DNA of 64,000 nucleotides from Eubacteriales bacterium (GCA_045541355.1 JAZQIW010000111.1:2679-66678); one strand, 5' to 3'. Positions 1 to 9,988 are shown, counted from the stretch's first letter. Program-made: numbers and translations. The notes: generated by a model not told the origin, from the letters alone.

Positions 1-1778
1 ATGAAAGCATACCTGTATCAGGTGCTAAAATTTATGTTGCATCTTCCGGGCAAACAAACAATTCCTCTGTTCAAAGCTCAGAGGTGTCCGACACATTTTA
101 CAACTATTATTTAACAACAGATTCTTCCGGTAACACAGGCTTTATCAGAATTGAAACGCCTGACACTTCACTATCAGAAAACGTCAATAATACATCAATT
201 CCCTACTCTGTGGTTGATGTTTTTGTGGATGCTGAGGGGTATTTTCCAATAAGGATAAAGAATGTTCAGGTTTTCGGTGACACACAAAGCATTCTCCCGA
301 TTACTTTAATCCCCGCATCAAACAATTATGCAGAAACCTTTGACGGCGTTCTTGAATTCACAATACCTCCAAACCATTTATACTCAGGTACACCCTCTTC
401 AATGTCCGGACCAAGCAATGATCAGGCAAATGCCCTTATTTCCGATGACATTTACATTCCCGAGTTTATAACCGTTCACCTTGGAACTCCGTCATCGACA
501 GCAAAAAACGTGACCATACCGTTTACAGACTACATAAAAAATGTCGCTTCATCAGAAATATATCCAACTTGGCCCGAAGAATCATTAAGGGCAAATATTA
601 TTGCAATCATCTCTCTGACTCTTAACAGATTCTTTACCGAATGGTACAGAAGCCAAGGGTATGACTTTGACATAACAAGCACTACACAATATGACCAGAG
701 CTATGTTCCCGAGCGAAATATCTATGAAAATATAAGCAGAATCGTTGATGAAATCTTCAACACATATGTAACTCGTGAAGGCTACATAAATCCCCTGTTT
801 ACGGCTTTCTGTGACGGAAAAACAGTTATGTGCAACGGTCTTTCGCAATGGGGCACAGTATCACTTGCACAAAACGGAAACAATGCTCTTCAGATTCTCC
901 GATACTATTACGGCGACGACATCAATCTCACAACCACTGATGATATAGAACGTGCAGAAAGCTCATACCCCGGAACTCCATTGAGACTCGGTGACAGCGG
1001 TGATGATGTTCTTACCATCCAGCAACAATTGATGAGGATACGTCAAAATTATCCTGCGATTCCCTTAATTCCGACACTTGACGGCAACTACGGTTCATCG
1101 ACAGATCAGGCTGTGCGCAGCTTTCAGGAAATATTCGACCTTGCAGTTGACGGAATTGTAGGAAAAGCAACCTGGTACAGAATATCATATGTTTATTCCT
1201 CTGTTGCAAGGCTTGCTGAGGTAATAGGAGAAGGCGTATCCGATATATTTTCAGAGGATATTCCTACTGTAACCATAAGCCTTGGGGACAGCGGAAATTA
1301 CGTAATTCTACTCCAGCAGTTATTAAACTATATCAGTATATTCTATCCTGTTATTCCTTCTGTAACAGAGGATGGCATTTTCGGGCAGAACACACGTAAC
1401 GCCGTTGAAAGCTTTCAGAGGAACTTCAATCTTTCGCCAAACGGCACGGTTACGCCCGGGGTTTGGGATGCACTGTACAGGGTATATATCAGCATTATAA
1501 ACTCTGTAACACCGTCTTTGCCAAATCAAGGCTTTCCCGGAAGAAATTTAAAGCGCGGAGATATGGGAGAATACGTCAAACTGATGCAAACATATCTGAA
1601 TGCCATTTCATCGAGATACCCCTCAATCCCACCACTCAACGAAGACGGAATTTTCGGTCCTTCAACCGAACAGGCAGTACTTAGTTTTCAAAGGTCCTTA
1701 GGATTAAATCCTACCGGTCAAATAGATGTTTCTACATGGGAAAGGATAGTTGAAATCTACAATTTTGAAAACGCATAA
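1..1778 (+). CDS. Peptidoglycan-binding protein with SpoIID-like central domain and three PG_binding_1 repeats (5' end upstream of window)
   Basis: The frame of the 84..1778 ORF stays open back to base 3 with no stop, so the GTG at 84 is internal. FTDYIKNVASSEIYPTWPEESLRANIIAIISLTLNR resembles the SpoIID/LytB motif. There are three repeats of LGDSG..V..LQ..L..I...YP.IP...DGIFG..T..AV..FQ. Confidence 0.6.
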   Translation, partial: ESIPVSGAKIYVASSGQTNNSSVQSSEVSDTFYNYYLTTDSSGNTGFIRIETPDTSLSENVNNTSIPYSVVDVFVDAEGYFPIRIKNVQVFGDTQSILPITLIPASNNYAETFDGVLEFTIPPNHLYSGTPSSMSGPSNDQANALISDDIYIPEFITVHLGTPSSTAKNVTIPFTDYIKNVASSEIYPTWPEESLRANIIAIISLTLNRFFTEWYRSQGYDFDITSTTQYDQSYVPERNIYENISRIVDEIFNTYVTREGYINPLFTAFCDGKTVMCNGLSQWGTVSLAQNGNNALQILRYYYGDDINLTTTDDIERAESSYPGTPLRLGDSGDDVLTIQQQLMRIRQNYPAIPLIPTLDGNYGSSTDQAVRSFQEIFDLAVDGIVGKATWYRISYVYSSVARLAEVIGEGVSDIFSEDIPTVTISLGDSGNYVILLQQLLNYISIFYPVIPSVTEDGIFGQNTRNAVESFQRNFNLSPNGTVTPGVWDALYRVYISIINSVTPSLPNQGFPGRNLKRGDMGEYVKLMQTYLNAISSRYPSIPPLNEDGIFGPSTEQAVLSFQRSLGLNPTGQIDVSTWERIVEIYNFENA

Positions 1779-1801
1779 AGATGTTATAAAAGGAGACAGA
1801 A

Positions 1802-2746
1802 ATGATTATAACTGCAGAAAACTCGGCAATTTACAGAATAAGAGAATATCTTCCGCCTACTGTATCATCTGCACTCTCAAAACTTAACAAAGATGTTCTT
1901 GACAGAATTTATGAAATCAGGTTGAGGGAAAACGGTCCTGCAACAGTTACAATTGACGGAGAAAACTACAAGCTTTGTAAATCCTGTATATCGAAAAGCT
2001 CAAGTGACGATATCATAACTTCGCAAGAAGAATTACAAGACGTAATTTACAAGTTTTGCAAGGGCTCAGTGTATACTCACGAGGCAACTATGTCGGACTT
2101 CTATATTTCATCAAACGGAATCCGCATTGGCATGGGTGCATCAGCAACAGTCAGAGACAATAGGGTTATAGGTCTTTCGGTTATTTCAAGTCTTAATATC
2201 AGACTTCCGCGGCACATAAAGGGCTGCAGCCATGAGCTATATAATTATATTTGTGAAAATGGTTTTCCCGGCGGCAAAGGAATACTCATAATTTCAAGTC
2301 CGGGCAACGGAAAAACCACCCTGCTCCGAGACCTTGCAATAAAGCTTTCAGACCTTTCAAGCGGCAATAAAGCATACAGAGTATGTATTATTGACGAAAG
2401 AGATGAAATCCGTTTGCCGATGCTGTTTGACGCTTGCTGTGTAGACTTTATATCGGGCCTTGAAAAAATCAAAGCAATGGAAGCAGCCACGCGTGTTCTT
2501 TCTCCCGAAGTAATTATCTGTGATGAAATATCAAGCCCCGACGAGGCAGAAAGAATAATAAAGCATAAAAACGGAGGAACTATATTTATTGCTTCTCTTC
2601 ACGCATCGGATTTGCAGGATGCCCTCTCGAGAGATTTTGTTATAAAAATGCTTGACAACAATGTTTTCGGTGCCATCTACTGCCTTGCGAGAAACAAAAG
2701 CGAGGTTGTCGGAAAGCTTCACATTTACCGGGAAAAGAATGATTAA
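1802..2746 (+). CDS. spoIIIAA: Stage III sporulation protein AA (AAA+ ATPase)
   Basis: 314 aa with Walker A SSPGNGKTTLLRDL and Walker B-like VIICDEI. An AGGAG RBS lies 6 nt upstream. It is the first gene of an eight-gene spoIIIA-type cluster. Confidence 0.85.
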   Translation: MIITAENSAIYRIREYLPPTVSSALSKLNKDVLDRIYEIRLRENGPATVTIDGENYKLCKSCISKSSSDDIITSQEELQDVIYKFCKGSVYTHEATMSDFYISSNGIRIGMGASATVRDNRVIGLSVISSLNIRLPRHIKGCSHELYNYICENGFPGGKGILIISSPGNGKTTLLRDLAIKLSDLSSGNKAYRVCIIDERDEIRLPMLFDACCVDFISGLEKIKAMEAATRVLSPEVIICDEISSPDEAERIIKHKNGGTIFIASLHASDLQDALSRDFVIKMLDNNVFGAIYCLARNKSEVVGKLHIYREKND

Positions 2747-3221
2747 AATTACAGGTATTATTATTCTTTCCGTCGGGATATCCATGTATGGCTCAATACT
2801 GTCATTAACTGTAAAAGAGAGGCATATAATCATATGTGAGCTGTTAAGTCTGATTAAAGCTATAAAAAACGGAATAAAGTACGGCTCTGTGCCGCTTGAA
2901 AAAATTTATAACAGCACAGCTCTTCCAAATCTTGAAAAATACGGGTTTCTGAATGCCATAAAAGACGGCACTCTTCCCTGCTCTGCCGTAAATACTCATC
3001 TTCAGATGCTTTCACATGAGGACAGAGACAACCTCTGCGAATTCTTTCAGCAGATTGGCAAAAGCTCATCAACAGATGCAGAAATTACGCTTTGCGACAG
3101 ATACATTATTCTGTTTGAGCAAAGGGAAAAAGACAGCCTTAAAGAAAACCTTGAAAAATCCGTTTTGTACAAAAAGCTCGGCATTGTAGCAGCTCTTGTT
3201 GCGGCAATAATATTTTTATAA
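2739..3221 (+). CDS. spoIIIAB: Stage III sporulation protein AB
   Basis: The ATG at 2739 overlaps the spoIIIAA stop (ATGATTAA). 160 aa with N- and C-terminal TM helices. The track start at 2652 lies inside spoIIIAA. Assignment rests on size and operon position. Confidence 0.7.
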   Translation: MIKITGIIILSVGISMYGSILSLTVKERHIIICELLSLIKAIKNGIKYGSVPLEKIYNSTALPNLEKYGFLNAIKDGTLPCSAVNTHLQMLSHEDRDNLCEFFQQIGKSSSTDAEITLCDRYIILFEQREKDSLKENLEKSVLYKKLGIVAALVAAIIFL

Positions 3222-3236
3222 AAAGAGGAAAAAATC

Positions 3237-3431
3237 ATGGATGTTACCATAATTCTTAAAATTGCAGGTATCGGTGTTCTTGTTACGGTTACTAACAGTA
3301 TTCTGTCAAAAACAGGCAGAGACGAGCAAAGCACGTTTTGTACAATTGCAGGCATGATAATTGTACTGATAATGCTGATTGGTGAAATAGATGGTCTTAT
3401 CAATCTTGTACGGGGAACATTTGGTATATAA
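3237..3431 (+). CDS. spoIIIAC: Stage III sporulation protein AC
   Basis: 64-aa two-TM protein (IILKIAGIGVLVTV.., GMIIVLIMLIGEI) in the third position of the cluster. Confidence 0.8.
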   Translation: MDVTIILKIAGIGVLVTVTNSILSKTGRDEQSTFCTIAGMIIVLIMLIGEIDGLINLVRGTFGI

Positions 3432-3433
3432 AA

Positions 3434-3817
3434 ATGGGAATTGTAAAGCTTATACTTTGTGTCATTTCAAGTCTTATAATTATAATACTGTTAAGGAAAA
3501 TTAATTCCGAGCAGGCTCTGCTTGCCTCTTGTATTCTGAATATATCAATAACAGTTTTTTCCATCAGTATACTTATTCCCGTGTTCGACTACATAAAAGA
3601 GCTTACGGACAATTCGCTGTATAAAAGCTTTTTTGAAATAATGTTCAAAAGTGCAGGTGTTTGTCTATTATGCTCATTTGCAGGTGAGCTGTGCAAAGAC
3701 ACAGGAGAAGCAAGTCTCGGACAGAAAATTGAGCTTGCCGGAAAATGCACGCTTTTAACATTCAGCCTTCCACTGATTAAGACGGTGTTCAGTTATGCAT
3801 CACAGCTTGTTTCATAA
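3434..3817 (+). CDS. spoIIIAD: Stage III sporulation protein AD
   Basis: 127-aa polytopic membrane protein starting 2 nt after spoIIIAC, in the fourth position of the cluster. Confidence 0.8.
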   Translation: MGIVKLILCVISSLIIIILLRKINSEQALLASCILNISITVFSISILIPVFDYIKELTDNSLYKSFFEIMFKSAGVCLLCSFAGELCKDTGEASLGQKIELAGKCTLLTFSLPLIKTVFSYASQLVS

Positions 3818-4859
3818 ACTCACAGCAATTATTCTGGTTACGCTGTTTTTAACCTTCTCAGTCTATGCGGGAAATGGCAAGGAATATATGTCAGAGGAAA
3901 GTGCAGCCGAAAAAGCGAGCGAAATAAGCGAATATCTTGACATACAAAGAATTCTTGACTTTTTGTTATCAGGAATGATTTCTTTCTGTAAAGAAGCCTC
4001 TTCAAGCTTTATAATGTGCATAGTTATAATTCTTTGCTCTACTGTTTTCTCCTCGATATGTGACGGATTGAAGATACACGAAAACGTATTTTCATATATT
4101 TCAGTATCAATGCTGACTCTCTTTTGCCTTATCCCCATTCAATCATTAATTGCAAAAGCAGAAGGATATCTTGAGGCTCTTTGCGCCTTTATGGTGTCCT
4201 TTGTACCAACGCAAGCCGCGCTTTATGCTGCATCGGGTTTTACTCTGACTGCGGCAATTTCTGCGGTCTCTTCAAACATAGCTATATCCGTAACTCAGGT
4301 TCTGAGTGCATCCCTCCTTCTTCCGCTTATAAAGGCATCATGCACTCTCATATCGGTTAATGCAATATGCAAGAGGATAAATTTATCGGGCATTATAAGC
4401 TTCATTAGGTCATTTTCACTTTGGGTTATCGGGCTTTCCTTCACTTTACTTACAGGTCTTATGTCTCTTCAGACGGTTCTAAAAAGCAGCGCCGACACCC
4501 TTGCAATGAAAGGTCTCAGATACGGTGCAGCAAAGCTAATACCCGTTGCCGGAGGCATGATAAGCGAAAGCATGAGAACTGTCGCTGCAAGCTTAGGTTT
4601 TATCAAAAATGTCACGGGTATTGCAGGTATTACCTTTATTATTTATTTAATACTTCCGCCAATTGCAGCTGTAATTACAATAAAGCTTTTCTTTACTATT
4701 CTGACCTGGCTGTCAAGGGCGACGGGTCAAGAGGCACACTCAGCACTTCTTGACGGTTTTAATGCCTGTATTACCGTTCTCACATCTCTACTGCTTGGGT
4801 GCTCTGTTGCTTTTATCATAATTCTGACACTCTTTATAAGTACAACAGTTTCATTATGA
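3795..4859 (+). CDS. spoIIIAE: Stage III sporulation protein AE
   Basis: 354 aa with an N-terminal signal/TM segment and a multi-TM C-terminal half. It overlaps the spoIIIAD end. Size and position are typical of SpoIIIAE. Confidence 0.8.
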   Translation: MHHSLFHKLTAIILVTLFLTFSVYAGNGKEYMSEESAAEKASEISEYLDIQRILDFLLSGMISFCKEASSSFIMCIVIILCSTVFSSICDGLKIHENVFSYISVSMLTLFCLIPIQSLIAKAEGYLEALCAFMVSFVPTQAALYAASGFTLTAAISAVSSNIAISVTQVLSASLLLPLIKASCTLISVNAICKRINLSGIISFIRSFSLWVIGLSFTLLTGLMSLQTVLKSSADTLAMKGLRYGAAKLIPVAGGMISESMRTVAASLGFIKNVTGIAGITFIIYLILPPIAAVITIKLFFTILTWLSRATGQEAHSALLDGFNACITVLTSLLLGCSVAFIIILTLFISTTVSL

Positions 4860-4869
4860 GGATGAAAAA

Positions 4870-5376
4870 ATGACATCGTTTATTAGTTCATACATAAACA
4901 CAATCGTATCGGTTGCCATATGCGCATTTATCTGTGAAACAATAACATCATCAGGCAGAGAAGCATTACATAAGGGACAAAGGCTAATAACAAGTCTTTG
5001 TATCTTCATATCGCTTGTACTTCCCGTTTGCAACGCTTTAATAAAGGTAAAACCCGATTTATCCTTCGGCAACACATTTGCTGTTGAAAACGGCACATTA
5101 TACAGCAGTAAGACATATTTAAGTCTTATAGCAAACGAGACAGAAACCGTATTACAAGAGCTTATAACCAAGACATTTGGAATACAACCTGACAATATCA
5201 GCATAAACATAAGTGAAGAATCAAATGATATGCAAAAACATCTTATTATTGACAGCATAACAGTTTCGATAAAAGCCGATGAAGAAACAACAAACAATAT
5301 TAAGCAGTTTATTTCAAATGAGCTTGATATCGGCAGTGAAAGCATATACGTTATAGGAGAAGAAGGTAATGACTGA
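4870..5376 (+). CDS. spoIIIAF: Stage III sporulation protein AF
   Basis: 168 aa with two N-terminal TM helices and a soluble C-terminal domain, in the sixth position. Confidence 0.7.
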   Translation: MTSFISSYINTIVSVAICAFICETITSSGREALHKGQRLITSLCIFISLVLPVCNALIKVKPDLSFGNTFAVENGTLYSSKTYLSLIANETETVLQELITKTFGIQPDNISINISEESNDMQKHLIIDSITVSIKADEETTNNIKQFISNELDIGSESIYVIGEEGND

Positions 5377-5878
5377 CAGACTAATAAAATATTTATCCGA
5401 AAACAAAAAAGCAATAAGTATTTGCATAATTTCATTTGGTTTAGTTCTGATCATAACAGCGTTTATGAGAGATAAGAATAACGGGAAAAGCTTAGAAAGC
5501 ATCTATTATACAAGCGACAGCATTCAATACTGCTCTTACCTTGAACAAAAAATTAAAATGACAATTGAAAGCATAACGGGTAATGATACGGTAGAAGTAA
5601 TGATAACACTTAAAGACTCAAATCCGGCTGCAATCGTCACACAAAATAACGCTGCCATGACTCAGAACGGTTTTTTTGACTTCACCAACACAAATAATAA
5701 GTCAAGTGAGCTTACAAAAGCATCATTCTCCGAAATCGGCGGAGTTATGGTAATTATGAAAAGTATAAGCGATTTACAGTCACTTCAAGAAATAAAAAAA
5801 GCCGTTTCAACGGCATTAAACATATCTGAAAACAAAATATACATAATTGGAGGAGCAGAAGGCAATGAAAAAAATTAA
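5369..5878 (+). CDS. spoIIIAG: Stage III sporulation protein AG
   Basis: 169 aa with a single N-terminal TM helix and a soluble domain. It overlaps the spoIIIAF stop by 8 nt, in the seventh position. Confidence 0.7.
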   Translation: MTDRLIKYLSENKKAISICIISFGLVLIITAFMRDKNNGKSLESIYYTSDSIQYCSYLEQKIKMTIESITGNDTVEVMITLKDSNPAAIVTQNNAAMTQNGFFDFTNTNNKSSELTKASFSEIGGVMVIMKSISDLQSLQEIKKAVSTALNISENKIYIIGGAEGNEKN

Positions 5879-6449
5879 AGGCAAGTTTTCATCATTTATC
5901 AAGAGACACAAGAAACCCATTTTTGCGCTGTCCATTGCCGCAATTACAGCAGCGGTTATATACACAGATATATTTAATTTGACAGCGAACACCCCTGTTT
6001 CCGACTATATATACAACACGGAAACATCAGAGAACAACATAAAAATACTCGGTGAGGCGGCATTGGTTGACAGCACACAAAGCGATATAGATAACGACCA
6101 AGACAGCTTTTTTGTCAGCGCAACTCTAAACAGAGAAAAATCAAGGGATGAGGCACTTGAGACGCTTCAAGTGGTTGTTGACAGTTCAGAATCACTTCCC
6201 GAAGCAAGAAACAAGGCGCTAACGGAAATAATGGAGATAGCAGGAGATATTGAGATTGAAACAATAGTAGAAGAAATGATAAAGGCTAAAGGATTTGAGG
6301 AATGTGTGGCAATAATAAGCGGCGACAACATAAATGTTATAGTAAAGTCTGAAGGTCTTCTTACAAGCGAGGTTGCACAAATAACGGATATTGTAAGAAA
6401 TGAAACAGGCTTTGGTGCGGAAAATATACGCATAGTTGAAAAAATGTAA
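5865..6449 (+). CDS. spoIIIAH: Stage III sporulation protein AH
   Basis: ATG at 5865 (MKKIKGKFS..) with a GGAGG 11 nt upstream; the track start at 5847 is a TTG. It has an N-terminal TM helix and an acidic soluble domain. It is the last gene of the cluster. Confidence 0.7.
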   Translation: MKKIKGKFSSFIKRHKKPIFALSIAAITAAVIYTDIFNLTANTPVSDYIYNTETSENNIKILGEAALVDSTQSDIDNDQDSFFVSATLNREKSRDEALETLQVVVDSSESLPEARNKALTEIMEIAGDIEIETIVEEMIKAKGFEECVAIISGDNINVIVKSEGLLTSEVAQITDIVRNETGFGAENIRIVEKM

Positions 6450-6454
6450 ATTAC

Positions 6455-6484
6455 AAAAAAGGCAGACCTTTGTCTGCCTTTTTA
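6455..6484. terminator. Bidirectional intrinsic terminator between spoIIIAH and the convergent LRR gene
   Basis: AAAAAAGGCAGAC-CTTT-GTCTGCCTTTTT: a 7-bp GC stem flanked by an A-run and a T-run. Confidence 0.75.
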
Positions 6485-6496
6485 ACATATATTTTA

Positions 6497-7252
6497 TTAT
6501 TCGTTGAAATTCACCGTTGCATTGGAAAGCGCTTCGTTTCCTTCTGCAATCTCTATCTTTTCCCACTGAGCCTTTGAGCCGGAGAAGTTGACGGTTTTGA
6601 GGCTGTCGCAATCAAAGAAAGCATTTTCTCCAATCTTTGTAACAGTAGCGGGAATATCAATTTCAGAAAGCGAGAAACAGCTACTGAATGCATCAGCTCC
6701 AATGGAGGTTGCAGAGTCTCCAAGCTCTGCACTCTTTAAACTGATGCAAAGATAGAACAGGCTATCGCTTACACTCTCAAGATTGTCGGGCAGCTCAGCT
6801 TCAGAAAGGTTTATGCAGTGAGAAAAAGCACTCTCTTCAATAGTAGTTACACTGTCAGGTATATCAACCTCTTCAAGCCATGTACATTCATAGAAAGCCT
6901 TTTCGCCGATTTTTTTAAGAGAATCGGGAAGCTCAACATCCTCAAGCTTGTTATAACCGCTGAAAGCTTCTGCGGGTATTTCATCAAAATTACCCTTGAT
7001 TTCAAGCGATGCAAGATCAGGCTTTATATAGTTCCAAGGTGCAACGCCTGTTTCTTCATCATTAAGCTGGGCGAGACTTCCGGAGCCGGTAATAAAGAGG
7101 TGATCTGTTGTAATGTCCCACTCAAGCCCCTCAGGATACTGTGTGTTGTCAATCTGATTATCATTATTGGGTTTTTCTGTCTCTTTCTTACATGAAGCAA
7201 AAGAAAGTACAAGCACAGATGCTGCAACAATAGCAAAGATTTTCTTATTCAT
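6497..7252 (-). CDS. Leucine-rich-repeat (BspA-type) lipoprotein
   Basis: 251 aa with a lipoprotein signal (lipobox LSFASC). Contains repeated units of the form IP.SVT.IGE.AF..C.SL. A GGAGG RBS is present. It starts 14 nt after the uppS stop. Confidence 0.75.
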   Translation of the reverse strand: MNKKIFAIVAASVLVLSFASCKKETEKPNNDNQIDNTQYPEGLEWDITTDHLFITGSGSLAQLNDEETGVAPWNYIKPDLASLEIKGNFDEIPAEAFSGYNKLEDVELPDSLKKIGEKAFYECTWLEEVDIPDSVTTIEESAFSHCINLSEAELPDNLESVSDSLFYLCISLKSAELGDSATSIGADAFSSCFSLSEIDIPATVTKIGENAFFDCDSLKTVNFSGSKAQWEKIEIAEGNEALSNATVNFNE

Positions 7253-7266
7253 AATCGTTTCCTCCG

Positions 7267-7980
7267 TTATTTACCTTTATTTATACGTGTTTTTTCATAA
7301 TATTCATCGATAGCAAAATCAAACTGCTCGTGCGAAAAATCAGGCCACAGAACATCTATATAACAAAACTCGGAATAGGATGTTTCCCATGGGAAGAAGC
7401 CTGACAGCCTTTTATCTCCGCCTGTTCTGATAACAAGGTCCATGCTCGGTGAGTGAGCAAGATCAAGATACTTTATGTACAAATCCTCACAGATATCATC
7501 ACATGAAATCTTTCCTTTTACGGCATCCTCTGCAATTTTCTTTGCAACCCTTACTGTTTCATCGTGCCCGCCGTAGCTAATAGCAACATTTACCGTAAGC
7601 GATGTACAATCCTTTGTCATATCAGCCGCTTTTTGCAGCGTTTCTCGGCTTGACGATGACATTTTTTCAAAGTTACCAATCGGCACAAGGCGAATTCCTC
7701 TGTTTATACACGTTTTAACCTTGCTCGTGAAAAAGCGTTCCATAAGATCCATAAGTGATGAAACTTCATCATCAGTTCGATTCCAGTTATCATATGAAAA
7801 AGCGTATACTGTAAGATGCTTTATCGCCCTTTCCTGACACCACATACACAGCTCCATGAACTTATCAACGCCTTTTTCATGACCCTTAATAACACTTTCA
7901 AGCTTATGCTGCCGTGCCCAGCGTCTATTACCGTCCATTATGACACCGACATGCTGTATTTCAGTAGCCTTTTCAGCCAT
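7267..7980 (-). CDS. uppS: Isoprenyl transferase (undecaprenyl-diphosphate synthase family)
   Basis: 237 aa with the cis-prenyltransferase signature VGVIMDGNRRWA and the RTGGDKRLSGFFPWE block. Confidence 0.85.
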   Translation of the reverse strand: MAEKATEIQHVGVIMDGNRRWARQHKLESVIKGHEKGVDKFMELCMWCQERAIKHLTVYAFSYDNWNRTDDEVSSLMDLMERFFTSKVKTCINRGIRLVPIGNFEKMSSSSRETLQKAADMTKDCTSLTVNVAISYGGHDETVRVAKKIAEDAVKGKISCDDICEDLYIKYLDLAHSPSMDLVIRTGGDKRLSGFFPWETSYSEFCYIDVLWPDFSHEQFDFAIDEYYEKTRINKGK

Positions 7981-7995
7981 TTTCTAACCCCACTT

Positions 7996-9036
7996 TCAAT
8001 TGGTTCTGTTTGTCATATATTCAAGAAGAGCCAACAGCAACTCCTGTCCCTTATCGTTTATCTTAATTTCCGAAAGAACAGAGAGAGCTTTACGGGTATA
8101 TTCTTTGCACAATTCTTCGGCATATGTATGAGAACCGCAATCGTCAAAGAGCTTTCTGACAATTAAAAGCTCCTCAATGCCCGCATTCTTTTTTCCATAA
8201 ATACTTTCAAAGATCTTTCTGCTTTCTGCATCGGCATTTTTTTTAAAATGACAGGTAAGCACCGTCTTCTTTCCTTCGCACATATCACTGACAACACTCT
8301 TGCCAAGCTTATTCTCATCCCCGAAGATGCCGAGAATATCGTCTTTGATCTGAAACGAAATGCCCACAGCATCACCAAATTCAGACAAGAGTGATAAATC
8401 ATGACTATCCGCCTCTGCAAGAATTGCACCCAAAACGAGCGGACCTGAGACTGTATACTGTGCAGTCTTTAGACGGTACATATCAAGAATTTGTTCCTCA
8501 TTCACGAAATCAAGGCTTTCAAATTCAATGTCGCGAAGTTCTCCGGAAATTGTTTTTGCAAAAACGCTGTTTTGATGTGAAACAGCTCTAAGCTTTACCG
8601 CATCGGAAAAATCACACTTCTGCAATATTTCGCATGCAGCGACTATACCATAATCACCAACACAAATGGACTTGGAAACCCCGTCATGTCCCTCGCCCAG
8701 GGTCTTATGCATTGAGGGCTTAAAGCGTCTGTAATCACTGTTATCAATTATATCATCGTGAGCAAGAATCCCGGTCTGGAACAGCTCATAGGAAAGAGAC
8801 GGAAGCAGAACCTTGTCTGCATTATCAAAGCCGCGAAGCATACCGTAAGACAGCCATACAAGAAACGCTCTTATTCTCTTTCCGCCCATGCTATGTTCAA
8901 CAAGCGCTTGCACATATCTTTTATCGGCACTGTCCAAGCCAAGTGAATTCAGAAAATCGGAACATCTTCCATCACTGAAAAAAGCGTCGCATTTTTCTCT
9001 ATATTCAATTAGTCGATTGACGAAAATATTATTCAT
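7996..9036 (-). CDS. Polyprenyl (trans-isoprenyl) diphosphate synthase
   Basis: Aspartate-rich motifs LAHDDIIDNSDYRR and QIKDDILGIFG. The start is placed at the ATG at 9036 (GAGG 7 nt upstream); the track start at 9108 has no RBS. Confidence 0.8.
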   Translation of the reverse strand: MNNIFVNRLIEYREKCDAFFSDGRCSDFLNSLGLDSADKRYVQALVEHSMGGKRIRAFLVWLSYGMLRGFDNADKVLLPSLSYELFQTGILAHDDIIDNSDYRRFKPSMHKTLGEGHDGVSKSICVGDYGIVAACEILQKCDFSDAVKLRAVSHQNSVFAKTISGELRDIEFESLDFVNEEQILDMYRLKTAQYTVSGPLVLGAILAEADSHDLSLLSEFGDAVGISFQIKDDILGIFGDENKLGKSVVSDMCEGKKTVLTCHFKKNADAESRKIFESIYGKKNAGIEELLIVRKLFDDCGSHTYAEELCKEYTRKALSVLSEIKINDKGQELLLALLEYMTNRTN

Positions 9037-9181
9037 AACATACCTCATAGAGAATTTCTTGTTATAGTATAACACATAATATTCAATTTGTCGATATAAA
9101 TATTTCAAAAGTTAACAATTTATTGTTGCCGTTCGGTAAACAAATATGATAAAATTAAGTAAAAACGAAAGGATGATATTA

Positions 9182-9988
9182 ATGAAGTATCTGACACTTA
9201 GCTATCTTATCGACAACATTGCCATCCCCCTGCTTAAAACTGCAGCAGTGCTTGTTATCGGTCTTATTCTTGCAAGGGTTGTATCTGAAATTATTAAAAA
9301 GGTTCTTGTTAAATCGAATCTTGACATTTCGCTTATCAATTTCCTTGCCAGAACATCCAAAATTGCAATTGTGGTCCTCACTTTAATTTGCGCACTCGGG
9401 CTTTTAGGTATTCCTACAACAGGTCTTATTGCCGGTGTCTCGGCCATAGCTGCTGCAATTGCCCTTGCTCTTCAGGGAAGTCTTTCCAACATCGCAGGCG
9501 GTATTTTTATTCTCGTTACTCGCCCGTTCCTGACAGGAAATCTTATTGAAATCAGCGGCACAACCGGCACTGTCAAGGATATTCAGCTTATGCACACCGT
9601 TCTCAGAACTCCGGACAACAAGGAGATTATCATACCCAACAGCGTTGTTGTCAACAGCACCATTACCAATATGTCCAACGCCGACACAAGAAGAGTCGAC
9701 CTTGTCTTCTCCATTAGCTATGATAACGATGCTCGACTTGCCGAGGACATTATATACAGAGTTGCCATGGCTCATCAGTTTACTCTTACAGACCCGGCAG
9801 AGCCTTTTGTTAGAGAATCGGCTCACTCTGCAAGCTCTATTGATATCACGGCAAGAATCTGGTGCGAGGCAGAAAATTACTGGACACTTTACTTTGACAT
9901 GCTTGAAAAAGTACGTGAAGAATTCACAAAGCACGGCATATCCATTCCCTACAACCAGCTTGACGTTCACATCGACAACGCTAAGTAA
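9182..9988 (+). CDS. Mechanosensitive ion channel (MscS family)
   Basis: Three N-terminal TM helices followed by GNLIEISGTTGTVKDIQLMHTVLRTPDNKEIIIPNS, which is typical of the MscS beta-domain. The start at 9182 (MKYL, AAAGGA RBS) is preferred; 9146 is possible. Confidence 0.8.
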   Translation: MKYLTLSYLIDNIAIPLLKTAAVLVIGLILARVVSEIIKKVLVKSNLDISLINFLARTSKIAIVVLTLICALGLLGIPTTGLIAGVSAIAAAIALALQGSLSNIAGGIFILVTRPFLTGNLIEISGTTGTVKDIQLMHTVLRTPDNKEIIIPNSVVVNSTITNMSNADTRRVDLVFSISYDNDARLAEDIIYRVAMAHQFTLTDPAEPFVRESAHSASSIDITARIWCEAENYWTLYFDMLEKVREEFTKHGISIPYNQLDVHIDNAK

